From assembly GCA_963813715.1 (NCBI GenBank), contig CAWFAK010000002.1:107690-171689 (forward strand): DNA of 64,000 bases, read 5' to 3'. The position numbers and the translations under genes were made by a program. Numbering within the stretch: position 1 is the stretch's first letter; each line of letters starts with the position of its first letter. Source of the stretch: an uncultured Planctomycetaceae bacterium (lineage in GTDB: Bacteria; Planctomycetota; Planctomycetia; Planctomycetales; Planctomycetaceae). The notes beneath the pieces were generated by a model. The model had not been told where the DNA came from. It worked only from the letters and a program-made list of their open reading frames with translations, and searched no databases. This document shows, one piece after another, positions 29,350-39,353 of this stretch.

Positions 29350-30268
29350 TCAGGCGTCGTGCGCGAGTTCGGAGGTCAGGAGCGAAATCTCCATATCGAC
29401 CAGCGCGGATCAGGCTGCGGAGGTTGTGGGGGCGGCGGAAGGGTTGTTTGGCCAGCATCTTTCCAACCAGGTCGGAGAGCTCGCGCGGTGCGTCCGGGCG
29501 GTGGCGGCGGAGGAGTGTCGGTTTTACCTGGCGGTGTTGGACCATCAGCTCGGCCGGCGAATCGCCCACGAACGGGAGGCGACCGGTGAGCATGCGGTAG
29601 AGGGTCACGCCCAGGGCGTACATGTCTTTGGCGACGGGCAAGGCGACGCCGGAGACCAGGGATTCGGGAGCCAGATATTCGGGCGTGCCCAACAGAGTGT
29701 CGGCCGCGCCGGGGCCCGGCATCGCGGCGATCGACCGCACGAAGCCCAGGTCGAGCAGTTTCACTTCGCCGCCGAGCGTGATGAAGATGTTTTGCGGCTT
29801 GATGTCGCCGTGAGCCAGGCCGCAGCGTTCGAGGTCCTGCATGCCGTCGGCCGTTTGCCGCGCCATCCAGACCGCCCGCCGTAGCGTAAGCGGGCCGACG
29901 TCGCGGAGTTCTTCTTCCAGCGTGCGGCCTTCGAGCCATTCAAAAACAAGAAAGGGAACCTCGGCTCGCGGCTCGGCCAGTAATAGTTTGAGCAAGTGGG
30001 GACTGCTCACCGCCTGGCAGGCCTGCGCCTCGTTGCGGATCAGCTGCAAGGCGGTGGCGTCGTCGCACCGGTCGGGGCGGAGCCGCTTGAGAGCGCAGAT
30101 TCGCTCCGTGCGAATTTCGACGGCTTTCCAAACCTCCGCAAAGGCCCCCATCCCGGCCAGCTCGAGCGGCTCGTAGCCGTGCGGCAGCGAAAAGTCCGAC
30201 TGCCGGGGCGACTCGTGCGCGATGCGAGTGCGAGATTCGGAATGCAAGGCGTCGTGGACTAAAGACAT
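29350..30268 (-). CDS. Cytoplasmic Hanks-type Ser/Thr protein kinase (frameshift near the 3' end)
   Basis: GMGAFAEVW, ALK, HGDIKPQN, DLG, GTPEYLAPE, DMYALG; the shifted frame ends LVDMEISLLTSELAHDA* at 29350. Confidence 0.9.
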
Positions 30269-30375
30269 ACAACGATCCGCCGGGTGCCAGAAAAAGGGAA
30301 TCGTCAGCGAGGCCGCCGTATCCTCTTTATCGACCGAAATCACCGGGCTGGAGCAGATTTGCGGGCGGTCAATAG

Positions 30376-30409
30376 AAAAAACCGGGAAGGCCGTCGCCTC
30401 CCCGGTTTT
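30376..30409 (-). terminator. Rho-independent terminator (possibly bidirectional)
   Basis: AAAAAACCGGGAAGG...CCTCCCCGGTTTT hairpin with T-runs on both strands, 40 nt after the stop at 30448. Confidence 0.75.
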
Positions 30410-30447
30410 GATTGAAGGATCGCGCGCGAAGCGCGAATTGTAACGAA

Positions 30448-32776
30448 CTAGTTGGCCATGATCGTCAACCAGCCGCCGAACGCCTTAATGTCGGAGATCG
30501 TCAGGTCGGCGTCGGCCTTACCCTGGCGCGGCACATGGATCACACCGTCGATGGCCATCGGCGAGATGACCGTTTCCAGCTTCTTTCGCATCACGCCGGC
30601 GCGGACGACTTGCGCAGCCCGGTCGGCATTGGCGGTGGCCGGCGCGACTTGCACCGTGCCGCGATCGACGAGCACCTGGTTCCCCTTCACGGTGAGCCGT
30701 AGGGGGACGGTGATCGACTGGGTCGGGATGTCTTCCTTCCCTTCCTGCTTGATTCCGGCGCGGAGCACGAGGCTGAGTTCGCCGTTCTCAATCGTGAAGC
30801 GGATCGGATCGTCCTTGTCGAAAACCAGCAAGCTGTTGTCGCCCGAGGCTTCGGCAGCCGCCGGTGCGGGAGCCGGTGCCGGGGCGGGCGTCGCGCCGGG
30901 CGCCGGAGGAACCGGACCGGCCGGCTTGAACGGGGTCGGCGTGGCGGCTGCCGTTTTGCCGATCTCGATCTTGCGACCGGCCAACAGCGTCAGGAACCGT
31001 TCGAGCTCGGCCTTCACCTGGGCGTCCGTCATCGACTGGCCGGCGAACTTCATGCGGCGGGCCGCATTGGTCAGCAGGCTCTCATGAAGTTGCAACACCA
31101 GTCCGGCCGGCTCGTAACCCGTGGGAGGAGCCACGTCGCCGCCCAACTCAGCCTTGTCGGCGATCTCCGCGCTCAGGCGGAGGAACGACTGGTTCGTGCT
31201 GGCGTGAATGGCCGAGGGATAAACGCCCGCTTCCTTGAGCCGCTTGTGCAGCTCGCGGTGCAGGCGGGAGTTGCTGTCCTGGATCAGCTGGTCGACGCGG
31301 GCGTCGACTTCGGGCAACACGCGGCTCTGCACGCGCTCGGCCGCAATCGCTTCCGACTCGCCCCGGCGTTTCTCGGCTTCGCGGACGGCAATGCTGTCGG
31401 CGATGCCGCCGAAGATTGGGAAGCCGCTCATGGCGGTCGACGCACCGGTCGTCGTGTTGCTGGGCTGCACGTAGGTCATCACGGCCGGCCCGGTCGTGAT
31501 GTTTTCGCCGTCGAAACGAATCTCTTTCGTGGCGCCGAAGCGGTGATAGCCCGACGTATAGATGTTGGCCTGACTCGTGACGCCGACCGTGCTGCTCTGG
31601 ACGGTTCCGTCGAGCACGAGTTCGACCTTGGCAGCATGGCTCGACGGCTCGAGCCGGACGGAGACGGTGGTGTTGGTCCACTGCGTGCCGCTGACGTTTG
31701 CGCCCAGGATGAAGTCGGTGACAGGCCCGGTAGTCTGCGAGGTCTCGCCCAAGAGCCGGGTGAGCATGGCGTCGGAAGCCACCGCGCTCAGGTTGTAGTT
31801 CATGTAGTGCGGACGGACGCCCGCGTCGAGGCGGTCGCCTTCATCGATGGCGGTCTTTTCGGCGGCTGCCAGCGTGTCGATGACCTTCTTGGAGTCTTCG
31901 GACGTACCGTTCTCTTCGTAGGCCTCGATGGCACTTTCGAGGTTCGTGAGATCGGTTCGCAGCGCCTGCTCGTCGCCTGCGCCCGGCTTCATCTCTTCGG
32001 CGTGACGCAGCTTGGAGAGGGCCTGGGCCAGGTGGCGGAACGCCGGACGGGCCAGGAATTCGCGCTGTTCGAGGTTCTTGGGAGCGCTGCCCGATTCGAG
32101 CTTGTCGTCGACGGCCGCAACGACGGAACCCGGACGTGCCGGACCCCGAGAGGGCGGTACGGAGCTCGTCAGCCTTCACGTAGCCCAGCCACGCGTTGCC
32201 GTTGGGTACAGAATTGAGATAGTCGACGAGTTGATCGAGGTGACGCAGGGCGTGCTTTTTCTCACGCTTGATCGCCTCGGCTTTGACTTCTTCAGGATTG
32301 AGTTCGAGCGTATCGAGCATGGCCAAAGCCACGTCGACGCGACGTGCCAAGCGTTCGCGGACGCTGGCGATGGCATCGCCCAGCGAGGCAAACTTAGGGT
32401 CGGCCAGGGCCTTGTCCATCGTTTTGATCTTGCCTTCGAGTTGCTTGAGCAGCTCGCGCTGGCCGGCGGCGTCCAGCTTGTCGTCCGTGTAGAGCTTAGT
32501 GACCAGTCCGGAAAGGTCCTTGCCCCACTTTTCCCAGGCGCCGTTCAGGACGGTGAACGAATCTGCTCCGAGGTCGGCGGGGACTTCTTTGGGCAGAATC
32601 CCCTTCAGCCCCGGCTTGCCGCCCGACGGCGCCTGCAGGGCACGTGCTTCCGAGAAGGCCGCGAAGATGATCGCACCGGATGCCGCGACGACAATTCCTG
32701 CCGTCAGAAGCCGAACGCGCTTCGGCCCCCCGAATACTCGATGCCACCGTGCCGCTCGAATTCGGTTGAACTCCAT
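30448..32776 (-). CDS. Large secreted or membrane-anchored hypothetical protein (frameshift near 32.1 kb)
   Basis: ORFs 31841..32776 and 30448..31992 join; N-terminal TM/signal, helical region, beta-rich C-terminal half (V.D.ILGA.V.G). Confidence 0.7.
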
Positions 32777-33317
32777 CGTAGTTGCACCCCATCTGTGGTG
32801 ATGGAACCAGCGTCAGGCGAACATCGCGCCCGAGACCCCGAACAGGCAGGGCATCAAAGCGCGAACGTGCGGACCTGTCGCGGTTCGTGTGTTGAGAGCT
32901 ATCGACATTTTTTCCGGGGGCCGGTTCTCTCACCGCGGACGAAATCAACTCCGGCATCACCCGAACATCCACCCGACTATGTCTTCACCCAGTTTGTCCA
33001 AACGGATCGAACTGGGCGTTCGCCCGTGTCTACGTAATCGTCATGGCTAGCGATACCGGCAGAGTCTACTGTCCAATGGGTGCATCTTCAATTCACCCGA
33101 ACCCGCATTTCGCCCGCCTTTCCGAATCGGAATTTTCGTAAGCGAAAGGCGTGCCTTTTGGTGCTTTCCGCCGGCACAAAATCCCGACTCCGTATAATTT
33201 TCCACGGAGCAAGCGAGTCGGGGGTCCAGTTGCAGGAACCACGGCCTGACTCGAGGTTGGACCGTTTATCTCTACTGACACTAGACTTCGGAGCTGAGAC
33301 TGGGGACCGTTTCTGCT

Positions 33318-35678
33318 GTGGACCGTCCGGACGACCTAACGCCGAGCCAACGCCGCGCCGTCGAGCAGACCGAAGGGCCGCTCCTGGTCGTCGCGGGACC
33401 GGGCTCGGGGAAGACCCGCGTGATCACCCGCCGCATCGCGCGGATCGTCGATCGGGGCGTCTCGTCGAGCAATATCCTCGCGCTGACCTTTACTAATAAG
33501 GCGGCCGGCGAGATGGCGGAGCGCGTGGCCCGGCTGATCCCCGGCACTCGCGTCTGGGTGAGCACGTTTCATCGCTTTTGCGCGCGGCTCCTGCGCCGCC
33601 GGGCAGCGGCCGTCGGCCTCAAGCCGAACTTCACCATCCTCGACGCGGCCGATCAGCGGCGCTTCGTGCGGGACATCGTACGGTCCCTCAATTTCGACAG
33701 CGTCCACTTTCCCCCCGAGCGGATCGCCGACCGCATCAGCCGGGCGAAAAACGATTTGCTGACCGCCGAGACGTTCCAAAAAGCGCTCGAGGAGCGGGTC
33801 GGCACGCTGATGGACTCGGTCGTGAAGCAGGTCTATCCCGAGTATCAGCGGCGTCTGCTCGACTCCAACGCGGTCGACTTCGACGACCTGTTGCTCTGGG
33901 TCGTGCGGTTGTTGGAGGAGAACGAGGAAATCCGCCGCGAGCTCGACGAGCATTTTCGCTACGTGCTGGTTGACGAATATCAGGACACCAACCGCGCGCA
34001 ATACGCGATCGTTGCCGCCTTGTCGCGCGATTTTCCCAATCTGTGCGTGACGGGCGATCCGGACCAGTCGATCTATGGCTGGCGTGGGGCGCGGATCGAG
34101 AACATTTTGCGGTTCGAGGCCGATTATCCACGTGCGGCCGTCGTTCGGCTCGAGGAGAACTTTCGCAGCACGAAGTCGATCCTGCGGGCGGCCGACGCGC
34201 TCATCGCCCACAACGTCCGCCGCAAGGCGAAGACGATGCGGACGGAGAATCCCGAGGGGCAGCCCGTCGAGCTGCTGCGTTTCGAGGACGCACAGGCCGA
34301 GGCGGAAGGCGTGGCGCAGGCAATCCGCGTCGGCGCGGAGACGGGGCAACTTCGTTATTCGGACGTCGCCATTTTCTACCGCATCAATGCGCTGTCGCGC
34401 GAATTTGAAATCGCTCTGGCGCGAAACCGGGTTCCTTTCCAAGTGGCAGCCGGGCAGGCGTTTTACGATCGCACCGAAGTGAAGGACGTGCTGGCCTACT
34501 TGCGGCTGATCGCCAATCCGCAGGATCGCAGCGCGTTTCAGCGAGTCGTCAACGTTCCCGCGCGAGGCATCGGCAAGAAAAGCATCGAACGGCTGACGGC
34601 TTGGGCCGACAAAGAGCGCGTTCCGCTCCTGGCGGCGGCCGAGCGGGCCCCCGCCATCTCCGGGATCCCCCGCAAGGGAGCGCAAGAACTGTCCAAGTTC
34701 GCGCGGGTAATCGGCGAGTTGGCCGATAGCCAAATCGTCTCGATCGCCAAGTTCCTGGAACTCGTCCTGCACCGCACGGAATACCTGGAACAGTGGCGGG
34801 AAAGCCCCTCCGAGCAGGACGAACAGCGGGAGGCGAACGTCAGTGAGCTGCTCAACGCGGCCGCCCAATACGATTCGGTCGAGCGGGAGCAGCCGACGCT
34901 CGAAGGATTTTTGGAGACGACGGCCCTCGTCGCGGATATCGACAGCGTCGACCAGGCGGCCGAACGCGTGACCCTGATGACGCTGCACGCCGCCAAGGGA
35001 CTCGAGTTCCCGATCGTGTACCTGGTCGGCGTCGAGCAGCGGATGCTTCCCTACGAGCGGGCCTTGCAAGCCGACGATCCGGGCGAATATGAAGAAGAGC
35101 GGCGGCTGATGTTTGTCGGCATGACCCGGGCCCGCGAACGATTGTGGCTCACGCGGACCCAAATTCGAGCTGTTCGGGGCCAGCGGCTGACATCGATTCC
35201 CAGCGAGTTCTTGCGGGAAGTCGGCGTTTCCGAGACGCCGCTGTCGGTGGCGACGCCGCGCTCACTTCCTCCGGGCAGCAGCGTCCATCAATCGCCGGAA
35301 AGCGAGCACGAGGGGCATGAACCGGCCCCCGATTATGAAAACCTTTGCGAACCCAGCCCCGACGACGAGTCCGCGACAGGCCCGGCCGAGCGGCGCGCAC
35401 CGAAGTCAGGCTCCAGCGCAGGCGTCGGCGATCTCAGGCATTCCGGCTTGATGACCGGCGCCGATCTCTTGGCGGCCGCCGAGTCACGCGAGCCGCCGTC
35501 GGCGGGAGGCTTCACCGTCGGCATGTCAGCCCGCCATCCGCGTTACGGCGTCGGCAAGGTCGTCAAAATCAGCGGAGTCTCCCGCAATCGCCTGATCACG
35601 ATTCAATTCGACGATGACGGTCGCACCGAAACGTTCGTCGCCGGCAAGAATCCGCTGCAACCGGTCGGGGCCGGATGA
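33318..35678 (+). CDS. pcrA: ATP-dependent DNA helicase UvrD/PcrA
   Basis: AGPGSGKT, TFTNKAA, VDEYQD, GDPDQSIYGWRGA, TLHAAKGLEF, EERRL.FVGMTRAR; C-terminal Tudor-like H..YG.G.V. Confidence 0.96.
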   Translation: MDRPDDLTPSQRRAVEQTEGPLLVVAGPGSGKTRVITRRIARIVDRGVSSSNILALTFTNKAAGEMAERVARLIPGTRVWVSTFHRFCARLLRRRAAAVGLKPNFTILDAADQRRFVRDIVRSLNFDSVHFPPERIADRISRAKNDLLTAETFQKALEERVGTLMDSVVKQVYPEYQRRLLDSNAVDFDDLLLWVVRLLEENEEIRRELDEHFRYVLVDEYQDTNRAQYAIVAALSRDFPNLCVTGDPDQSIYGWRGARIENILRFEADYPRAAVVRLEENFRSTKSILRAADALIAHNVRRKAKTMRTENPEGQPVELLRFEDAQAEAEGVAQAIRVGAETGQLRYSDVAIFYRINALSREFEIALARNRVPFQVAAGQAFYDRTEVKDVLAYLRLIANPQDRSAFQRVVNVPARGIGKKSIERLTAWADKERVPLLAAAERAPAISGIPRKGAQELSKFARVIGELADSQIVSIAKFLELVLHRTEYLEQWRESPSEQDEQREANVSELLNAAAQYDSVEREQPTLEGFLETTALVADIDSVDQAAERVTLMTLHAAKGLEFPIVYLVGVEQRMLPYERALQADDPGEYEEERRLMFVGMTRARERLWLTRTQIRAVRGQRLTSIPSEFLREVGVSETPLSVATPRSLPPGSSVHQSPESEHEGHEPAPDYENLCEPSPDDESATGPAERRAPKSGSSAGVGDLRHSGLMTGADLLAAAESREPPSAGGFTVGMSARHPRYGVGKVVKISGVSRNRLITIQFDDDGRTETFVAGKNPLQPVGAG

Positions 35679-35679
35679 T

Positions 35680-35804
35680 CGGTGAAGCACGAATGACGAA
35701 TGCCGAGGACCTGCGAAAGCCGTGCGATGACTGGGCCGAGTTGTTCCCTTCGGGCTTCGGGCATTCGGCATTCTAGCATCGGCTTCGTCATTCGTGCTTC
35801 ACCG
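35680..35804. repeat. 125-bp element with perfect 21-bp terminal inverted repeats (MITE/REP-like)
   Basis: CGGTGAAGCACGAATGACGAA at 35680-35700 and its exact reverse complement at 35784-35804; internal GCATTC heptamer-like units. Confidence 0.85.
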
Positions 35805-35823
35805 CTCCGTCCAACCGATATGA

Positions 35824-36816
35824 ATGCTGCGGCAATCGATTCGTGCGCGGCGCATTTGGACGGTGCTTGTGCCTCCCAGAAAACGGCCACCGACGGGGAC
35901 GGCAGCGGCGACTTTGATCGCTCCCGGTCCGGCCGTGCATCTGCCTGCCTTCTTGCACTACCTGCAATCCGAAGCGGGTATGTCGGCCAATACGATTGCC
36001 GCTTACCGCACCGATCTCGTCCAGTTCCTGGAATGGTTCGACAAGCACGGGCCCGGCTCGATCTTCAAAGTCGACCTCAAGGTGCTGGCTCGTTTCCTCG
36101 ACCATCTCCACAAGCGGGGTCTGGCTTCGACGTCGATCGCGCGGCACCTCGTGTCGCTCAAGATGTTCTTTCGTTACCTCGTGCTCGACGGCGTACTGAC
36201 CGAAAGCGCCGTCGAACTGTTGAGCTCGCCCAAGCTCTGGCAGCACCTGCCCAAGGTCGTGAGCCCGGAGACGGTCGACCGCATCCTGGCCGCGCCGATG
36301 CCCGACGATCGCTATCCGCTGCGCGACCGGGCCCTGCTCTGCTTCCTGTACGCGACTGGCTGTCGCGCGTCGGAGGCGAGCGGTGTGCGGCTCAACGACG
36401 TGCACTTGGAAGAAGGGTTTGCCCGCTGCGTCGGCAAGGGGAACAAGGATCGGATGGTCAATTTGAACCCGGTGGCTCGGGCGGCCATCGAGGCCTATCT
36501 CAAGCACGAGCGTCCGCGACTGCTCGTTCGCTCGGACTCGGACCGGCTGTTCGTCTCTCGCCGGGGATCGTCCCTCTCGCGGATCATGATCTGGAATTTG
36601 GTGAAAAAGTACGCGGCCCGCGCGGGGGCCAGTGCCGAGGTCAGTCCGCACACCCTGCGGCACAGCTTCGCCACCCACATGCTGGCCGGCGGCGCGGAAA
36701 TTCGCGCCCTGCAGGAAATGCTCGGCCACGCCAGTGTGCAGACCACGCAGATTTATACCCACGTCGAGCACAGCCGGCTCAAGGCGGTCCACAAGCGCTG
36801 CCATCCCCGCGGTTGA
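35824..36816 (+). CDS. xerD: Site-specific tyrosine recombinase XerD
   Basis: S.NTI.AY..DL, RDRALL..LYATGCR.SE, GKGNKDR, SPHTLRHSFATHML.GGA..R..QEMLGH....TTQIYTHV. Start uncertain. Confidence 0.92.
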   Translation: MLRQSIRARRIWTVLVPPRKRPPTGTAAATLIAPGPAVHLPAFLHYLQSEAGMSANTIAAYRTDLVQFLEWFDKHGPGSIFKVDLKVLARFLDHLHKRGLASTSIARHLVSLKMFFRYLVLDGVLTESAVELLSSPKLWQHLPKVVSPETVDRILAAPMPDDRYPLRDRALLCFLYATGCRASEASGVRLNDVHLEEGFARCVGKGNKDRMVNLNPVARAAIEAYLKHERPRLLVRSDSDRLFVSRRGSSLSRIMIWNLVKKYAARAGASAEVSPHTLRHSFATHMLAGGAEIRALQEMLGHASVQTTQIYTHVEHSRLKAVHKRCHPRG

Positions 36817-36899
36817 TTGCTCGTCGGGCGCGTCTTAGCTGGAAGTCGGGCGGCGGAAGTCGGACAATAGGGCTAGTCTCCTCCGCCGATGAGGGTCAT

Positions 36900-38117
36900 A
36901 TGTCCTCGTTCTTGTGCCGCTTGACGGTCGCCGGTTGCATCGTCGGTCTCTTTGCCTCGCTCGCGGTCGCTCAGACCCGGGACAATTACGACCACGCCCG
37001 CAACCAGATGGTGACCGAGTTCGTCGAGGCGGCCGGAGTCCATAATCCCCGCGTGCTCGATGCGATGCGGAAGGTGCCGCGGCACGAATTCGTGCCGGCA
37101 GCGCTAAGTCCCAAGGCCTATACCGACGCGGCCTGGTCGATCGGCTACAAGCAGACGATCTCGCCGCCGTTCGTCGTCGCCTACATGACGGAGACGCTCG
37201 ATCCGCAGCCCACCGATCGCGTGCTGGAGATCGGCACGGGGAGCGGCTACCAGGCGGCCGTGTTGTCGCACCTGGTGAAGGACGTCTATTCGATCGAGAT
37301 CGTCGAACAGCTCGGCCGGTCGGCGGCGCGGCGGCTCAAGCGGCTGGGCTACAAGAATGTGAAGACCAAGGTCGGCGACGGCTATCTCGGCTGGCCCGAG
37401 TTTGCCCCCTTCGACAAGATCATCGTCACCTGCTCCCCCGAGAGCGTGCCCAAGCCGCTCGTCGACCAGCTCAAGGAGGGGGGCAAAATGGTGATTCCCG
37501 TGGGCGAGCGATATCGCCAGGACCTCTATTTGATGGAGAAGAAGGACGGCAAGCTCGTCCGCAAGCAGCTCATTCCGACCCTCTTTGTCCCCATGACGGG
37601 CCAATCCGAAAAAGAGCGGGTCATCAAGCCCGATCCGCTGAATCCGCAGCTGTTCAACGGCGGCTTCGAGGTCCTGGAAGATTCCGGGCAGGCCTCCGGT
37701 TGGCACTACCAACGCGAAATGACCCTCGTCAGCGAGTCGCCTCCGGAGGGGCGGCACTTCGCGCGGTTTGAAAATGAAGATCGGGGTCGACTCGCTCAGG
37801 CGCTGCAAGGACTGCCGATCGACGGCCATCACTTGGCGACGCTGGATTTCCGCGCCACCGTCCGCAGCAAAGACATCGTCGAGAGCGTGAACGCCTACGA
37901 GCGGGCCGGCATCCGCGTCTTCTTTTACGACGAAGAGCGACGGCTGATCGGCGACGAGCAGGTGACCCGCGTCTTCGGCACATCCGATTGGCGCACCGTC
38001 GAGGGGAACGCCAAGATTCCGACCAACGCCCGCCATGCGATCGTCCAGGTCGGGCTGAACGGTTCGACCGGCCGGCTCGACGTCGATGACGTGCGGTTGA
38101 CGGTCGGGAAGCGATAG
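36900..38117 (+). CDS. pcm: Protein-L-isoaspartate O-methyltransferase with a signal peptide and a C-terminal CBM-like domain
   Basis: VPRHEFVP, QTISPP, VLEIGTGSGYQAAVL, GDGY.GWPE.APFD.I, QLKEGG..VIPVG, FVPM; C-terminal NGGFE ... DDV.L. Confidence 0.9.
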   Translation: MSSFLCRLTVAGCIVGLFASLAVAQTRDNYDHARNQMVTEFVEAAGVHNPRVLDAMRKVPRHEFVPAALSPKAYTDAAWSIGYKQTISPPFVVAYMTETLDPQPTDRVLEIGTGSGYQAAVLSHLVKDVYSIEIVEQLGRSAARRLKRLGYKNVKTKVGDGYLGWPEFAPFDKIIVTCSPESVPKPLVDQLKEGGKMVIPVGERYRQDLYLMEKKDGKLVRKQLIPTLFVPMTGQSEKERVIKPDPLNPQLFNGGFEVLEDSGQASGWHYQREMTLVSESPPEGRHFARFENEDRGRLAQALQGLPIDGHHLATLDFRATVRSKDIVESVNAYERAGIRVFFYDEERRLIGDEQVTRVFGTSDWRTVEGNAKIPTNARHAIVQVGLNGSTGRLDVDDVRLTVGKR

Positions 38118-38125
38118 GCGGTCTC

Positions 38126-39228
38126 ATGCAGTCGCTTTCCGATCTTCGTGCCCGCCAGCGGCAAGCCGGAGCCGTCTTTGCCGCCGGCTCGTCGGGTCTG
38201 CCGGGCGACGATCGTCCGCCCCTGCACTTCGGCGATCGCCGCGCAGAATACGTTGCCGCGCACGGGACGGCAGCGCTCTTTGACTGGACAGATCATGGCC
38301 TGATCGAGCTGGCCGGGGCCGATCGCGTCAAATTCCTGCACAGCTTCTGCACGAACGACATCAAGCGTCTGATCGCCGGCAGCGGCTGCGAAGCGTTCGT
38401 CACTAACGTGAAGGGGCGGATCCTCGGCCATCTGTGGATCGAAGCCGGGGACACGGCCCTGCGCCTCGACGCCGGGCCCGTGGCCACCGAACGACTGCTG
38501 GCGCACCTCGAGCGTTACATCATCAACGAAGACGTCGTGGTCACTGATCGATCGTCCGACTTGGGCGAACTGCTCGTCATCGGACCGCGGGCTGCGGAAT
38601 CGCTCGTCCCCCTGAGCGCGGACGTGCGGCGACTCGCTCCGCTGCAGCATTTGGACGTCGGGGGACCGTCGGGCGAGATTCGTGTTTCTCGCCGCGACGT
38701 GGACGACTTGCCGGCCTATGTGGTCTGCGGACCACACGGAGTGCTCGGCGAGGCCTGGGAGAAGATCAAGGAAGCGGGTGCACGGCCGGCCGGGGCCACG
38801 ATCTGGTCCGCGCTTCGCATCGAGGCGGGGCTGCCGATCTGGGGCGTCGATCTGACCGACGAGAACCTGGCACAAGAAGCGGGTCGAAGCGCGAGCGCAA
38901 TCTCATTTGCCAAGGGCTGCTATCTCGGGCAGGAACCGATCGCCCGGCTCGACGCAATGGGGCACGTTAACCGCGAACTCCGCAGCTTGCGGATCACCGG
39001 CGAGGCGATCCCATCGCCCGGTGCCCGTGTCTTTTCTGATGCCGGAGGTGCGACGGCCGTCGGCGCGATCACCTCGGCCGCGATGTCCTACGGCAGTGCA
39101 AGTCCGGTGGCGCTCGCTCTGATTCGTTCCAGCGTGTCGGTGGGGCAGCGCAGGTCTTCGTGGAAGCCGGCCCGACGCTCGCCCCGGCGACCGTTTTCTG
39201 GGCTCCCGCCACCGAGCGGGGAACGTAA
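38126..39228 (+). CDS. ygfZ: Folate-binding protein YgfZ/GcvT-like (frameshift near the 3' end)
   Basis: KGCYLGQE signature, G.DR..FL....TND, LRIEAG.P; the shifted frame stops at 39228. Confidence 0.88.
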
Positions 39229-39353
39229 ATCCCCCGAGCAAGGCGCTTTGACGCAGGTTGCGGTTTTAAGCCCCGAGTCCTAGATTAGTGCCGGTTTGCA
39301 CAGCCCGAGATTTGATCGATCGCATCGTCGTGACCGACGCGGGTGACCGACGC

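Noticed and set aside
33336..35162. Long antisense ORFs (e.g. 608 aa opposite pcrA, 535 aa at 19023, 522 aa at 58610)
   Set aside because: Typical high-GC shadow ORFs opposite well-supported genes; no recognisable motifs.
35824..36816. Prophage or island integrase
   Set aside because: Motifs are XerD-type and the neighbours are housekeeping genes; no mobile cargo.
35700..36899. 805-aa ORF 35700..38117 as a long pcm fusion
   Set aside because: The first 400 codons are a shadow frame over xerD; the real start is at 36900.
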